IMG/VR virus record: IMGVR_UViG_3300029288_000008
Location: 1 to 64,000 of that record
DNA from: a virus
Taxonomy: Duplodnaviria > Caudoviricetes
DNA length: 64,000 bases
Strand: one strand, 5' to 3'
A program made the position numbers and the translations under genes. Positions 1-8,143 of this stretch are shown piece by piece; position 1 is the first letter of the stretch; every line of letters begins with the position of its first letter. The notes under the pieces are model-generated. The model saw nothing but the letters and a program-made list of their open reading frames with translations. It did no database searches and was not told the origin of the DNA.

Positions 1-2
1 GT

Positions 3-233
3 TCGGGGGCAAAACCAGTTTTGACGCTAGACCAGGCCGATGAGGACTTTGTGCTCTGCAAGTTTATCGGCTATGCCAGCGCCGCAAGCGCCAATCGCAC
101 GTTTGTGAGCGCATCGGATTTCACCACGCCCGGCGCTTTGGTGGGGTGGATACAGATTGAAATTCAGGACGACGGCGACCGCATAGCCGACGGCGATTAT
201 TATATACCCATCTATGCCACGCCGACGGCATAA
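3..233 (+). CDS. 3' end of a gene entering from the left edge, probably tail/tail-fibre associated
   Basis: Frame open from the window edge to TAA 231-233; GC-rich; followed by RBS AAGGAG and the next gene; product is a guess from context. Confidence 0.35.
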   Translation, partial: SGAKPVLTLDQADEDFVLCKFIGYASAASANRTFVSASDFTTPGALVGWIQIEIQDDGDRIADGDYYIPIYATPTA

Positions 234-245
234 GGAGAAAACAAA

Positions 246-547
246 ATGGCAGTGACAGTAACCAGAACCACATCAAACGGCAACGCCACTATACCATCGC
301 CATCACCGCAGAGGCAGCGATTGCCGACGCCGTCGCAGCGGAGGCCAGCGAGCACATCTACCGCAACGAGGCGTGGATTCGTGAAATTTACGGCGGCGTG
401 GAATGGGCAACGCTCACCAACGCTCAGAAAATGCACGTCCTAGGGCTGTACACACAGCGCAACCTACGTAAACTAGGTTATAGCCGCTACTATGACACGC
501 AACAAAGCGCTATTGAGACGCTTGAGGCGCACTACGGGGAGGAATAA
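246..547 (+). pseudogene. about 100-aa hypothetical gene broken by a -1 frameshift near 288-291
   Basis: RBS plus ATG 246 gives MAVTVTRTTSNGNAT; the -1 frame from 290 reads YTIAITAEAAIADAVAAEASEHIYRNEAW...HYGEE to TAA 545-547, immediately before ATG 549. Confidence 0.6.
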
Positions 548-548
548 T

Positions 549-2399
549 ATGGATGTTATAAAAAATCAAGACTTTGAATTAGGAACTTGCAGAGACACAT
601 TTAACGGAACTGTATACAACGAAATAGAAGTTCCTCAAAATTGGATAGCTTGGTGGTCAGAATCAGATGGTTTTTATCGTCCCGAAATGAAAGTAATTTC
701 AAACATACCACCCTATACAAACCCAAAGAGAATCAACACAGGCAACAAATCTTTGATGTTCTTTGGATTCTACAAAAAGATTAAAGCAGGATTGTATCAA
801 CAGATTACAGTTCCAACGAACTCAAAAGTAACCGTTGCCGTCTATGCTCATTCGTGGTATTCAATGCGAGATGATCCGACTAAATCAGAATGGTTAGATA
901 ACGGTGTATGGAGAACCATCCAAGATGGCGCAGATGGGTTTAATCTATCTGTCGGTATAGATATATCCGGTAATACAGACCCATTCAGTAATGACATTAT
1001 CTGGAAAACTGAAAATTATTACAGTGGATTCAAAGAAATATCATTGGAAGTTGAAAATGTATCCGGTACTGTTACCTTATTCTTAAAAGGTGAAGCCGAT
1101 AATCCATTCAAACATTGCGATTGTTACTTTGACACTTCAGAAGTAAGCATAGAACCGATCTCGCAAAATTGCCACTGTCCAAGACTTGAGTATGAACGGA
1201 CATATCATCTATTAGCGCAGAACGCCCCCTTATGGGCATCAAAATTAGTTAACGGAATTGCCTATCCTGTACGTGGTACAATGGGGTATTCTCCAGACGA
1301 TGCGGGCATAGGCCCAAACTTTAGAAACGTTATTGCCTATTACCACAACAAAAACGCTTTCAACTATTCAGAATTAGAGTCATTTTTCAATGAATATTAT
1401 CCTGGCGTCAATCTTTCCCGTGTTAATCTATACGAAGAAGAACCCGATCCGATAGAACCGCCAACCGGAAGCATACCCCATCCAACCAACAACTACATTG
1501 GACTTCACGCCGGTGAACCATGGTCAAAGTGGAATTCATACATAACACAAGGCAAACCCAACGTCGCTAAATGTTTTTCACTTGGATTTGCACTCGATAC
1601 AAAACGGATGGCGTTACCAGGAACTTTAGTTGTATGGCGCAAGTTCTCGGATGATTATGTGGATTCAGTTCCACCGCTCTATGACAACGCTCTAAAACTA
1701 GTCAACTATTATGATGCCGAGATACAAACAGCGGCTAATAATATGGGACTATCCCGCGATGCTCTATTACAACAAATGGACGGCATTGTAATCGAATCAG
1801 TCAATGAGAAGATACCCACATTTAACGTGCCTCAATTACAAAACGTGGTAGAATTCGATAGAATCTTTTGTGAACTGGTAAAACAAAAGTTTAATGGACA
1901 CCTAAGACCGGGCATTTTAATCGCAGCGATAGGCAATCCCTATGAAACAGAAGTACAATATATGCTACCGGCTGTTAGAGCAGCAATAGCCAATAATGGC
2001 CTAATCGGCTATCATTCCTATTGGACCTCAAACGAAACCGACAACGGGCAATGGCTTGTTGAAAAATGGCCTTACCACGCCGGAAGATGGGCAGAATGGG
2101 ACAAAGTATTTAATGCGTCGGGTCTATATCCTGAGTACTACTTTGGAGAAGGTGGTATAGTCTACTCAACTGATGGGAACAACTTCAACAGCGGCAAAGG
2201 TTGGCGCTCCTGTGGAAACTTCGACAAATACCTAGAACAAATCAAAACATTCAACAACAAAATAATCGAATGGAACGCCACTCATAACGGAAGGTGCTAT
2301 GGTTTAACCGTATTCCACTACGGAAATTGGGGATGGGACAACTTCAAACTAGGGGACGGGGATGTAGACACCCTCACCAATTGGGCAAAAACAGTATAA
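549..2399 (+). CDS. carbohydrate-binding-like domain plus TIM-barrel glycoside hydrolase-like protein (candidate cell-envelope hydrolase)
   Basis: RBS GGAGG 538-542 favours ATG 549 over 492; N-terminal aromatic jelly-roll-like region; C-terminal IGLH, ESVNE, GYHSYW, GEGG pattern like clan GH-A acid/base and nucleophile Glu. Confidence 0.5.
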   Translation: MDVIKNQDFELGTCRDTFNGTVYNEIEVPQNWIAWWSESDGFYRPEMKVISNIPPYTNPKRINTGNKSLMFFGFYKKIKAGLYQQITVPTNSKVTVAVYAHSWYSMRDDPTKSEWLDNGVWRTIQDGADGFNLSVGIDISGNTDPFSNDIIWKTENYYSGFKEISLEVENVSGTVTLFLKGEADNPFKHCDCYFDTSEVSIEPISQNCHCPRLEYERTYHLLAQNAPLWASKLVNGIAYPVRGTMGYSPDDAGIGPNFRNVIAYYHNKNAFNYSELESFFNEYYPGVNLSRVNLYEEEPDPIEPPTGSIPHPTNNYIGLHAGEPWSKWNSYITQGKPNVAKCFSLGFALDTKRMALPGTLVVWRKFSDDYVDSVPPLYDNALKLVNYYDAEIQTAANNMGLSRDALLQQMDGIVIESVNEKIPTFNVPQLQNVVEFDRIFCELVKQKFNGHLRPGILIAAIGNPYETEVQYMLPAVRAAIANNGLIGYHSYWTSNETDNGQWLVEKWPYHAGRWAEWDKVFNASGLYPEYYFGEGGIVYSTDGNNFNSGKGWRSCGNFDKYLEQIKTFNNKIIEWNATHNGRCYGLTVFHYGNWGWDNFKLGDGDVDTLTNWAKTV

Positions 2400-2405
2400 C
2401 AACGA

Positions 2406-2438
2406 AAAAGCGACTAACTTAAATTGTTAGTCGCTTTT
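2406..2438. terminator. bidirectional intrinsic terminator
   Basis: AAAAGCGACTAAC-N7-GTTAGTCGCTTTT between convergent genes. Confidence 0.85.
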
Positions 2439-2454
2439 GTTTTAGATTTAGTGG

Positions 2455-2658
2455 TTAAACGTTAAGCTTAACTCCCATAACTTCTTCGTAGTGATTCTTA
2501 AGTTTGATGAAGTTTGATTCTTTAACAGATTCGCGTTTACCACTGTCGTCATTATGTCGCTTTGCCTTACCGGTAGTAGTTCTGTAATATGTCCATCCAT
2601 TCCAACTAAAAGAAGTTTTGTCATCGTGTCCATAAATAATTTGTGAATCGTAGTACAT
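2455..2658 (-). CDS. hypothetical protein
   Basis: RBS AAAGGAG; own promoter TTGACA(2725-2720)-16-TAGAAT(2703-2698). Confidence 0.7.
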   Translation of the reverse strand: MYYDSQIIYGHDDKTSFSWNGWTYYRTTTGKAKRHNDDSGKRESVKESNFIKLKNHYEEVMGVKLNV

Positions 2659-2866
2659 TGCCGTCTCCTTTGTTTGTGTTTATCCTTAACTATCTATATT
2701 CTATACCAACTTTTGATTTTGTCAATAGTTTTATAAAAACTGTAACTTTATGTTCTATATCCATAGAACGCAAATTGCCCCGACTGTGGATTCGGGGCAT
2801 TAAACAAAGGAGACATTAGCAAACAATTAAGTTTGCACAGTTATTGTACCACACAATATAAATTTG

Positions 2867-3085
2867 TCAAGTCCTTGCCCACTGTATAGCACGCTGTAAA
2901 ATCGCTTCGGTATCACTATCCACTTTCTTATGCTCTAACACGAATGAACACAAGTCCAGTATATGCCGTTTCCAATACGTCTCTTTTCTAGTACCACGCC
3001 TTGAGATAACATCACTCTGATTCTGTGTAATGTATCCCTTACCGATTAACAGTTGTTCTAATTTCGTGTATTCAAACTCTGACAT
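2867..3085 (-). CDS. hypothetical protein
   Basis: ATG 3085 (MSEFEYT) lies downstream of promoter TTGTCA-16-TATAAT(3131-3126); the longer track ORF extends through that promoter. Confidence 0.55.
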   Translation of the reverse strand: MSEFEYTKLEQLLIGKGYITQNQSDVISRRGTRKETYWKRHILDLCSFVLEHKKVDSDTEAILQRAIQWART

Positions 3086-3146
3086 TTTCAATATTATTTG
3101 TTGCCTTTCAATTGTGCTACACAATATTATACCACATCCTTCAATT

Positions 3147-3247
3147 TTGACAAGGCGAAAATATGTGGTATAATTCTCTCTATAATTATGATAAACCAAA
3201 TAAAACATCAAAACATCCAGCAATGGACTTTTGGTGTATTATTTTTG
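3147..3247 (+). ncRNA. dispersed small-RNA unit 1 (promoter, TATAATTATG, hairpin with CATCCAGCAA, U-run)
   Basis: TTGACA 3147, TATAAT 3169; TCCA-GCAA-TGGA hairpin; similar to six other units. Confidence 0.55.
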
Positions 3248-3255
3248 TGTGCGAT

Positions 3256-3283
3256 TTGACTGCAAAATATTTTGTGGTATAAT
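3256..3283 (+). promoter_or_regulatory. TTGACT-GCAA class promoter, probably leaderless for the C39 gene
   Basis: TTGACT-16-TATAAT with TGTGG extension; ATG 6 nt after the -10. Confidence 0.75.
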
Positions 3284-3289
3284 ACAGTT

Positions 3290-3898
3290 ATGAAAATTAC
3301 AGGTGAAGCACAAAACATTTTAGTAACAAAAAACGATAGTACAACCGTTGTTGTAAACGATGTGGTGTCAGTTGAGTATTTAGAAGAACTGGCAACCGGT
3401 GAAATTGTGGCATATTCCCAACGTGACGAAAGATGGAGGAGCGACATAATGGTAACTTCCACAATCGGCGGGATGGGATGCGCTATAACCGCTTGTGCAA
3501 TGTTGGGAAGTCAATACAACCCTGGTATAACTCCAAAGTCGCTTAATGCCTATTTGAAAGATAACGGTGGGTACACCTCCGATAATCGGGTATATTGGGC
3601 GAAAGTTACCGGATTAGTACCAGAACTGAAGTTTACCAACTACTACAAATGGCAAGACATTAAGGCCAATTTGCCCTTAGTGCTAGAAGAACTGGCAAAA
3701 CATCCCGTAATCCTTCAGGTTGACTTTAGACCAGGAGGTGAGCTTGATACCCACTTTGTATTAGCGTTATCTAGCGATGGGCAAGACATAGAGATAATTG
3801 ACCCATGGGACGGCGCAAAAACCAAACTGCTCCAAAGATATGCAAAAGAAGGTTGGAACTTAGAACGGGCGGTTTATGCGATGGTAGTTTATGATTAG
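3290..3898 (+). CDS. peptidase C39-like (C39_2) protein, candidate lysin
   Basis: YSQRD..W...TIG..GCAITACAM (Cys), HFVL (His), IIDPW (Asp). Confidence 0.8.
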   Translation: MKITGEAQNILVTKNDSTTVVVNDVVSVEYLEELATGEIVAYSQRDERWRSDIMVTSTIGGMGCAITACAMLGSQYNPGITPKSLNAYLKDNGGYTSDNRVYWAKVTGLVPELKFTNYYKWQDIKANLPLVLEELAKHPVILQVDFRPGGELDTHFVLALSSDGQDIEIIDPWDGAKTKLLQRYAKEGWNLERAVYAMVVYD

Positions 3899-3930
3899 AA
3901 AAAGACGGTAGAAAAATCTACCGTCTTTTT
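3899..3930. terminator. bidirectional terminator
   Basis: AAAAAGACGGTAGA-AAAA-TCTACCGTCTTTTT. Confidence 0.9.
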
Positions 3931-3932
3931 AG

Positions 3933-5339
3933 TTATTGTTCTGTTTCTTGCAACGATTCGCCTTCTAATGCTGCAATGAAACTTAAAAAGTGTTCTGACC
4001 ATCCGTTAACTTCAGCTGTCCACAATCCATCATAGTTAATCCCTCTTGAGTTTGCCGAAACGTCAACGATATAATTTCTCTTTCCAAACGGGTTTGGAGT
4101 TTGCTTTCCTGGCAAGTCGCAATCCTGACTATCTGAGAAGATAACGATTCGGTCAGGTTCACATCTTTCCCGTTCTTTGATGTATTCTAAACACTGTCGG
4201 GTAAAGATACCCCCGCCGCCTAATCTATCCCTAGAATAATCAATCGCTTCACCCAAAGCAAAACCTCGCCGTGGTTTTAACATTTCTGTTTTGTGAATTC
4301 TAGTCGAATCGTTACCGGCTGTAACATAAATCGCAATTCTTTCACACATTGAACTAGCCAACATTGCCATAGACTTTGCAACATCCAACCGGTTAAATTC
4401 GCTCTTTTCAGAAATTGCTCTGCACATAGAACCGGAAACATCAACAACAAAAACGGTATACCCTTTCAGTTTTGGAGACTGCTCTAATCCCCTCAACATT
4501 AACGTTTCAATTTCTCTCTCATATCTTGGAGCGTATTTAGCCGCTGCCATATAGTTGATCGGTAAAAGCCATTGCGGATTAACCTTGCCAAAATACTCAA
4601 CAACTAAATTTCTGTCAACCGCTGCTTCTTCAATGTTTCTAAGATTTCTCAAGAAAGCTAGTGCTCCAAGTTTACCCTCTCTCAAAAGTCTTTCCCAAGA
4701 GTTGCGCTTATCTTTGCTTTGCGATAATTCAACTTCCCAAGTATCCGGTGTTGCCAACTCACCATTAACTAACCGTCGCCATAAATCCTCTTGTGCTTTG
4801 TCTTTCGGTTTGGCATGCACCATAAACAGAACGTCTCTAAGTTTAATCTCATTGTCTCGATTATACTTAGCCAGTTGGTACTCATTGAAATTTCCAAAAG
4901 CTGACGCCAGCCCTAGCTTTACCTGCTTGGATAACGGCTGTTTACCGTCCTTCCAATAGATAGCCAAGAAATCGGTTAATTGATCTGCTCTTGTAATAAT
5001 CTGTGGTAACAGTTCACCAACATACTTCTTGTGTTCTGGAAGTCTAGCCATCACTCTAGCAATAAACAACGGTACGTGCCGCAATTTCTGATTTAGCCTT
5101 GCTTCAAGTGCGATTTGATAAACTGATTCTGGTTTAACCTGTGGAATCAGTGCTTCAATGTTGTTTGCATTATCAACACCGGATTCATACGCCAAATCTT
5201 CCCAAAGCAAGCAAGACATTACAGCGCGTCTTAAAAGCCCTTCTGCGCTTTGATTAGCGGCATATACACCCATACCACCTGCTAACCGATTTTCAGTATC
5301 TTTTCTATAATCCTTCGCTTTCGCGTTAACCTTAACCAT
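3933..5339 (-). CDS. rsr: TROVE domain protein (Ro60/Rsr orthologue) with vWA domain
   Basis: TROVE-like helical region (LRHVP, QLAKY, PDTWE, ALLRNLRN-like AFLRNLRN) and vWA MIDAS motif VDVSGSM; RBS AAGGAG 8 nt before ATG 5339; adjacent Y-RNA-like genes. Confidence 0.92.
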   Translation of the reverse strand: MVKVNAKAKDYRKDTENRLAGGMGVYAANQSAEGLLRRAVMSCLLWEDLAYESGVDNANNIEALIPQVKPESVYQIALEARLNQKLRHVPLFIARVMARLPEHKKYVGELLPQIITRADQLTDFLAIYWKDGKQPLSKQVKLGLASAFGNFNEYQLAKYNRDNEIKLRDVLFMVHAKPKDKAQEDLWRRLVNGELATPDTWEVELSQSKDKRNSWERLLREGKLGALAFLRNLRNIEEAAVDRNLVVEYFGKVNPQWLLPINYMAAAKYAPRYEREIETLMLRGLEQSPKLKGYTVFVVDVSGSMCRAISEKSEFNRLDVAKSMAMLASSMCERIAIYVTAGNDSTRIHKTEMLKPRRGFALGEAIDYSRDRLGGGGIFTRQCLEYIKERERCEPDRIVIFSDSQDCDLPGKQTPNPFGKRNYIVDVSANSRGINYDGLWTAEVNGWSEHFLSFIAALEGESLQETEQ

Positions 5340-5360
5340 TTTCAAGTCTCCTTTTGAAAT

Positions 5361-5392
5361 AAAAAAAAGACGGGTAAAGCACCCCCGTCTTT
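5361..5392 (-). terminator. intrinsic terminator between the RNA array and rsr
   Basis: Minus strand AGACGGG-N9-CCCGTCT followed by T8. Confidence 0.8.
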
Positions 5393-5396
5393 TGTG

Positions 5397-5469
5397 TCTA
5401 TAATGTTAGGCTCGAACTAACAACCTCTAGTTCCCAAAACTAGCGCTCTACCGTTTGAGCTAATCATAG
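5397..5469 (-). tRNA. tRNA-Pro(UGG), CCA not encoded
   Basis: Acceptor CTATGAT/ATTATAG, anticodon arm CTAGT-TTTGGGA-ACTAG, T arm GTTAG-TTCGAGC-CTAAC. Confidence 0.85.
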
Positions 5470-5473
5470 ATAA

Positions 5474-5570
5474 TTGGGGAATAATCGCAACGAGTCTTTT
5501 TTGGGCGGATACGGGATTTTATTCCCAATACCAGCAATATGTAATAAGTATCTCGTAACTACACCACCAA
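5474..5570 (-). ncRNA. Y-RNA-like gene 4 (degenerate tRNA-like domain)
   Basis: 5' TTGGTGGTGTAGTT...GATACTT and 3' CGATTATTCCCCAA stem shared with its neighbours; GGGA-ATAAAA-TCCC T-arm remnant. Confidence 0.75.
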
Positions 5571-5581
5571 AATAATTTCAC

Positions 5582-5708
5582 TTGGGGAATAATCGTTCAC
5601 AGCTATTTTAACGTTCTGCCGTTAAACTACATCGCGGATACCGCAACGATGGGATTTGAACCCATACCTTTTCATCCTGAGTGAAGTAACTGTAAACTAC
5701 ACCACCAA
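5582..5708 (-). ncRNA. yrlA: YrlA-like Y RNA 3 with full permuted tRNA domain and CAG anticodon-like loop
   Basis: Ro-binding stem; TTCA-CTCAGGA-TGAA; T arm ATGGG-TTCAAAT-CCCAT; loop-closed acceptor CGTTGCG/CGCGATG; D arm GTAGTTTAACGGCAGAAC. Confidence 0.85.
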
Positions 5709-5720
5709 AATTATAAGTGC

Positions 5721-5839
5721 ATATAGGAGAACAAGCGTTTAGAGTTATTTTAGGCGCTTTTCCGATTAAGCTACGCGCAGGATTTGAACCTGATCTCCCC
5801 ATTAACATTGGAAGTAACTCTAAACTACACCACCTATAT
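5721..5839 (-). ncRNA. yrlA: YrlA-like Y RNA 2 with GUU anticodon-like loop and no acceptor stem
   Basis: Terminal stem ATATAGG/CCTATAT; TTCCA-ATGTTAA-TGGGG; T arm CAGG-TTCAAAT-CCTG; D arm GTAGCTTAATCGGAAAAGC. Confidence 0.85.
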
Positions 5840-5861
5840 TTTCTTAATGTTCATTTAATAA

Positions 5862-5922
5862 GAGGAATAAGCGACTACAGCCTTTTTTCTTAGCCAGAAG
5901 TATCTGTAATCTTCACTACCTC
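5862..5922 (-). ncRNA. minimal Y RNA 1 (about 61 nt, Ro-binding stem plus one small hairpin)
   Basis: GAGGTAGTG...GATACTT...GCTTATTCCTC follows the same stem pattern as the other three. Confidence 0.7.
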
Positions 5923-5932
5923 ATTGTTTATA

Positions 5933-5960
5933 ATTGTACCACATATCAAAAATTTGTCAA
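5933..5960 (-). promoter_or_regulatory. promoter for the Y RNA/tRNA-Pro array
   Basis: TTGACA(5960-5955)-16-TACAAT(5938-5933) with TG extension. Confidence 0.8.
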
Positions 5961-5969
5961 GGGTACTAT

Positions 5970-7286
5970 CTAGCTAACTTCCTCAGTATCCACATAATTA
6001 TCATCCGCTTTCAAAATACCCTCTAAGATTTTGAATTCAAACGATTTGTGCTTATAGCACTTCATTAGCCCATTCGCTTTTTCTAGTCTCACTACCACGC
6101 CCTCTCGAATGTGGGTAGAGTCTAAAGTAGAGTTACCAACAACCAACTTATCGGAATAGCCCATTACAATTGCTTGTAAATCCTCTTGTTCTAAATCTTC
6201 TAACAGCCACAAGTCAAGTTGTGGTACAACCTCCAATCCTAATTCGCCGGCGCGCCGTTTAATTTGCGCCCAACTTAAATCTATCTCTTGCCCGTCCTCG
6301 TTAACCTGTGTAATACGATATACAAACATCCTGCGCTGTGGTACACCTACTTCATTCCAGCGACAACCGTAACGGTATACCATAACTTCCCCATACTGTT
6401 TTTTGATTTCTGGTAACTTGCTGGTACTCTGATGATTCATAATCGGTTTACCGTTGCTATCAAAACCGACAATCTCAGCATAGATAACCTCGCCCTTCTT
6501 AAGCAGTCCCCTTAAAGGTTCGGCGGTTTCTAATCTGTAATACTCAGAACTTTCCGGTTTCATAGTAGAATCAACAATTCTATTTCTACTACCAACAACA
6601 AACTCATAATTCTTTGTAACCGTTGGATACTTTGGAAGTGGTAACAGATTATACAGCTTTTGCCACCATTTCAACTGTTGTTGTCTTTCAACCTGTACAA
6701 AACCGATTCTCGTGGAAGTCCCATGCGTTTTTTCCGTAATAATAACCAAGTCGCCAGATTCAACTTTGTCTAAGTTGTATTGTAGCTGCTCAGTATCAAA
6801 GTGACGTGGTAGGTTATAATCGGCTTGTGTCCGCTTTGCCTTACCGGAATTGCCGCTATTGCGCTTCATTGCTCTAAGCGTAGCCGGGGTATAATACTTC
6901 TGACAAATATTATGTCCATTCAATTCATCAAATTCAGTACCCAATTCAAGTTTACTGAGATCATAACCGGTGTATTCAAAATCAGACAATGAGCAGTAAA
7001 ATCCTTCGCTTCTTTCGCCCCTGATCTTCTCAGCGGTTACACGGCCATTATCCGAGAAATAACCGGTCTTGGCTGTATCCTTGTTTAGTTCACTATGTCT
7101 ATACAGGTTGTGTGTACTCAAGAATTCATTCGACAACTGACCATCGCAGGGAAAGAAAACGCCAATGTCCCCGTCTTTCACATCGTTGCCAACAACAACT
7201 TGAATACCCTGCACATAACCAAGTTGTAATCTATCCGCATTCGGATGAGGCTTTATACTAAGTTTAACTACCTTTGCATTATACAT
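5970..7286 (-). CDS. RNA ligase, DRB0094 (Rnl5/DraRnl-like) family
   Basis: N-terminal OB-like PHPNADRL..G; motif I EKTHGTS; YAEIVG, EGVVVR and YKHKSFEF motifs. Confidence 0.85.
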   Translation of the reverse strand: MYNAKVVKLSIKPHPNADRLQLGYVQGIQVVVGNDVKDGDIGVFFPCDGQLSNEFLSTHNLYRHSELNKDTAKTGYFSDNGRVTAEKIRGERSEGFYCSLSDFEYTGYDLSKLELGTEFDELNGHNICQKYYTPATLRAMKRNSGNSGKAKRTQADYNLPRHFDTEQLQYNLDKVESGDLVIITEKTHGTSTRIGFVQVERQQQLKWWQKLYNLLPLPKYPTVTKNYEFVVGSRNRIVDSTMKPESSEYYRLETAEPLRGLLKKGEVIYAEIVGFDSNGKPIMNHQSTSKLPEIKKQYGEVMVYRYGCRWNEVGVPQRRMFVYRITQVNEDGQEIDLSWAQIKRRAGELGLEVVPQLDLWLLEDLEQEDLQAIVMGYSDKLVVGNSTLDSTHIREGVVVRLEKANGLMKCYKHKSFEFKILEGILKADDNYVDTEEVS

Positions 7287-7288
7287 TG

Positions 7289-7444
7289 TTAATTCTCCTT
7301 CTGTAAGTTTTTAATTTCATCATAAATCATAAGCAGGTCTTCAACTGCGATTAAACCTTCTATAAGAACAATGCCGTCTTGATATACAGCAAGATTCTTT
7401 AAGTTATACCTCTCTCTGATATTTTGAATGTCTTGTTCTTTCAT
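7289..7444 (-). CDS. small hypothetical protein (51 aa, not in the ORF track)
   Basis: ATG 7444 overlaps the upstream stop; TAA 7289-7291 precedes the ligase start. Confidence 0.5.
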   Translation of the reverse strand: MKEQDIQNIRERYNLKNLAVYQDGIVLIEGLIAVEDLLMIYDEIKNLQKEN

Positions 7445-7758
7445 TTTTCACCTTCCAGTTTAATAATATCCGGCTCATTGCTGAATTCGATGCAATACCA
7501 GCTATCATTGTTGTATTGCGCTGTATCGTAACCCAGGTCAACACACTGTTTAATCATTCTGTCGGTTTCTTCTGTCGCCTTCTCAGCACAGAAAATTATA
7601 CCAAATACTGAGAATAACGCAAGCAACAAAGATATGAAAAACTTAAACAGACTTTCGTGCTCTATTGCTGCTTTTAACGATAAAAACATAAACGTTGCAC
7701 ATAACGGAATCAACACTCCAAGAATTATCATAAACGTTGTATCTACCATCATAGCCAC
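7441..7758 (-). CDS. small membrane protein
   Basis: Two hydrophobic segments; packed in the operon. Confidence 0.6.
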   Translation of the reverse strand: MAMMVDTTFMIILGVLIPLCATFMFLSLKAAIEHESLFKFFISLLLALFSVFGIIFCAEKATEETDRMIKQCVDLGYDTAQYNNDSWYCIEFSNEPDIIKLEGEK

Positions 7759-7928
7759 CCCGCATAATTTAGCGCATAAATCAGTACAACCGCTGCTATA
7801 AGCGCAATGATTGTTTCAATAATAATATGAATTGTTTCCTTGTCTAGCAACGATTTAACTGCAAATAACAACGAAACAACTAACACGGCAGAGAAGATCA
7901 TAATTATCAGGTAACAAAACGTTTCCAT
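7749..7928 (-). CDS. small membrane protein
   Basis: ATG 7928 coupled to the upstream stop; two TM segments. Confidence 0.55.
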   Translation of the reverse strand: METFCYLIIMIFSAVLVVSLLFAVKSLLDKETIHIIIETIIALIAAVVLIYALNYAGWL

Positions 7929-8131
7929 TAGAATTCCTCTACATTTCCGCACTTTGTGCAAACGGCAAACGCCCTATATGAAGCAGGTGTCACAAAACCC
8001 TCATAATACATTCTGCTACCGCATTTTGGACAGGGCATACTTTCTGCAATCTCTGAATCAAGCGTTGCCCATCCGCTGTCCATTGTAACCGGTTTATAAC
8101 CGTCAAGCCCGTAAGCCTCTGTATCAAACAT
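7928..8131 (-). CDS. small zinc-ribbon protein
   Basis: CPKC...CTKC; RBS AAGGAG. Confidence 0.65.
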   Translation of the reverse strand: MFDTEAYGLDGYKPVTMDSGWATLDSEIAESMPCPKCGSRMYYEGFVTPASYRAFAVCTKCGNVEEF

Positions 8132-8143
8132 TTCAACTCTCCT

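Noticed and set aside
492-548. Track start of the 635-aa ORF
   Set aside because: Overlaps the frameshifted upstream gene; RBS and the GC step support ATG 549
5608-5808. 66-aa minus-strand ORF
   Set aside because: Lies across two Y RNA genes and has no RBS
5474-5922. Repeated GGTGGTGTAG...TTATTCCCC units as a CRISPR array
   Set aside because: The units are two halves of a stem enclosing tRNA-like arms, not identical repeats with unique spacers; no cas genes; Ro60 is adjacent
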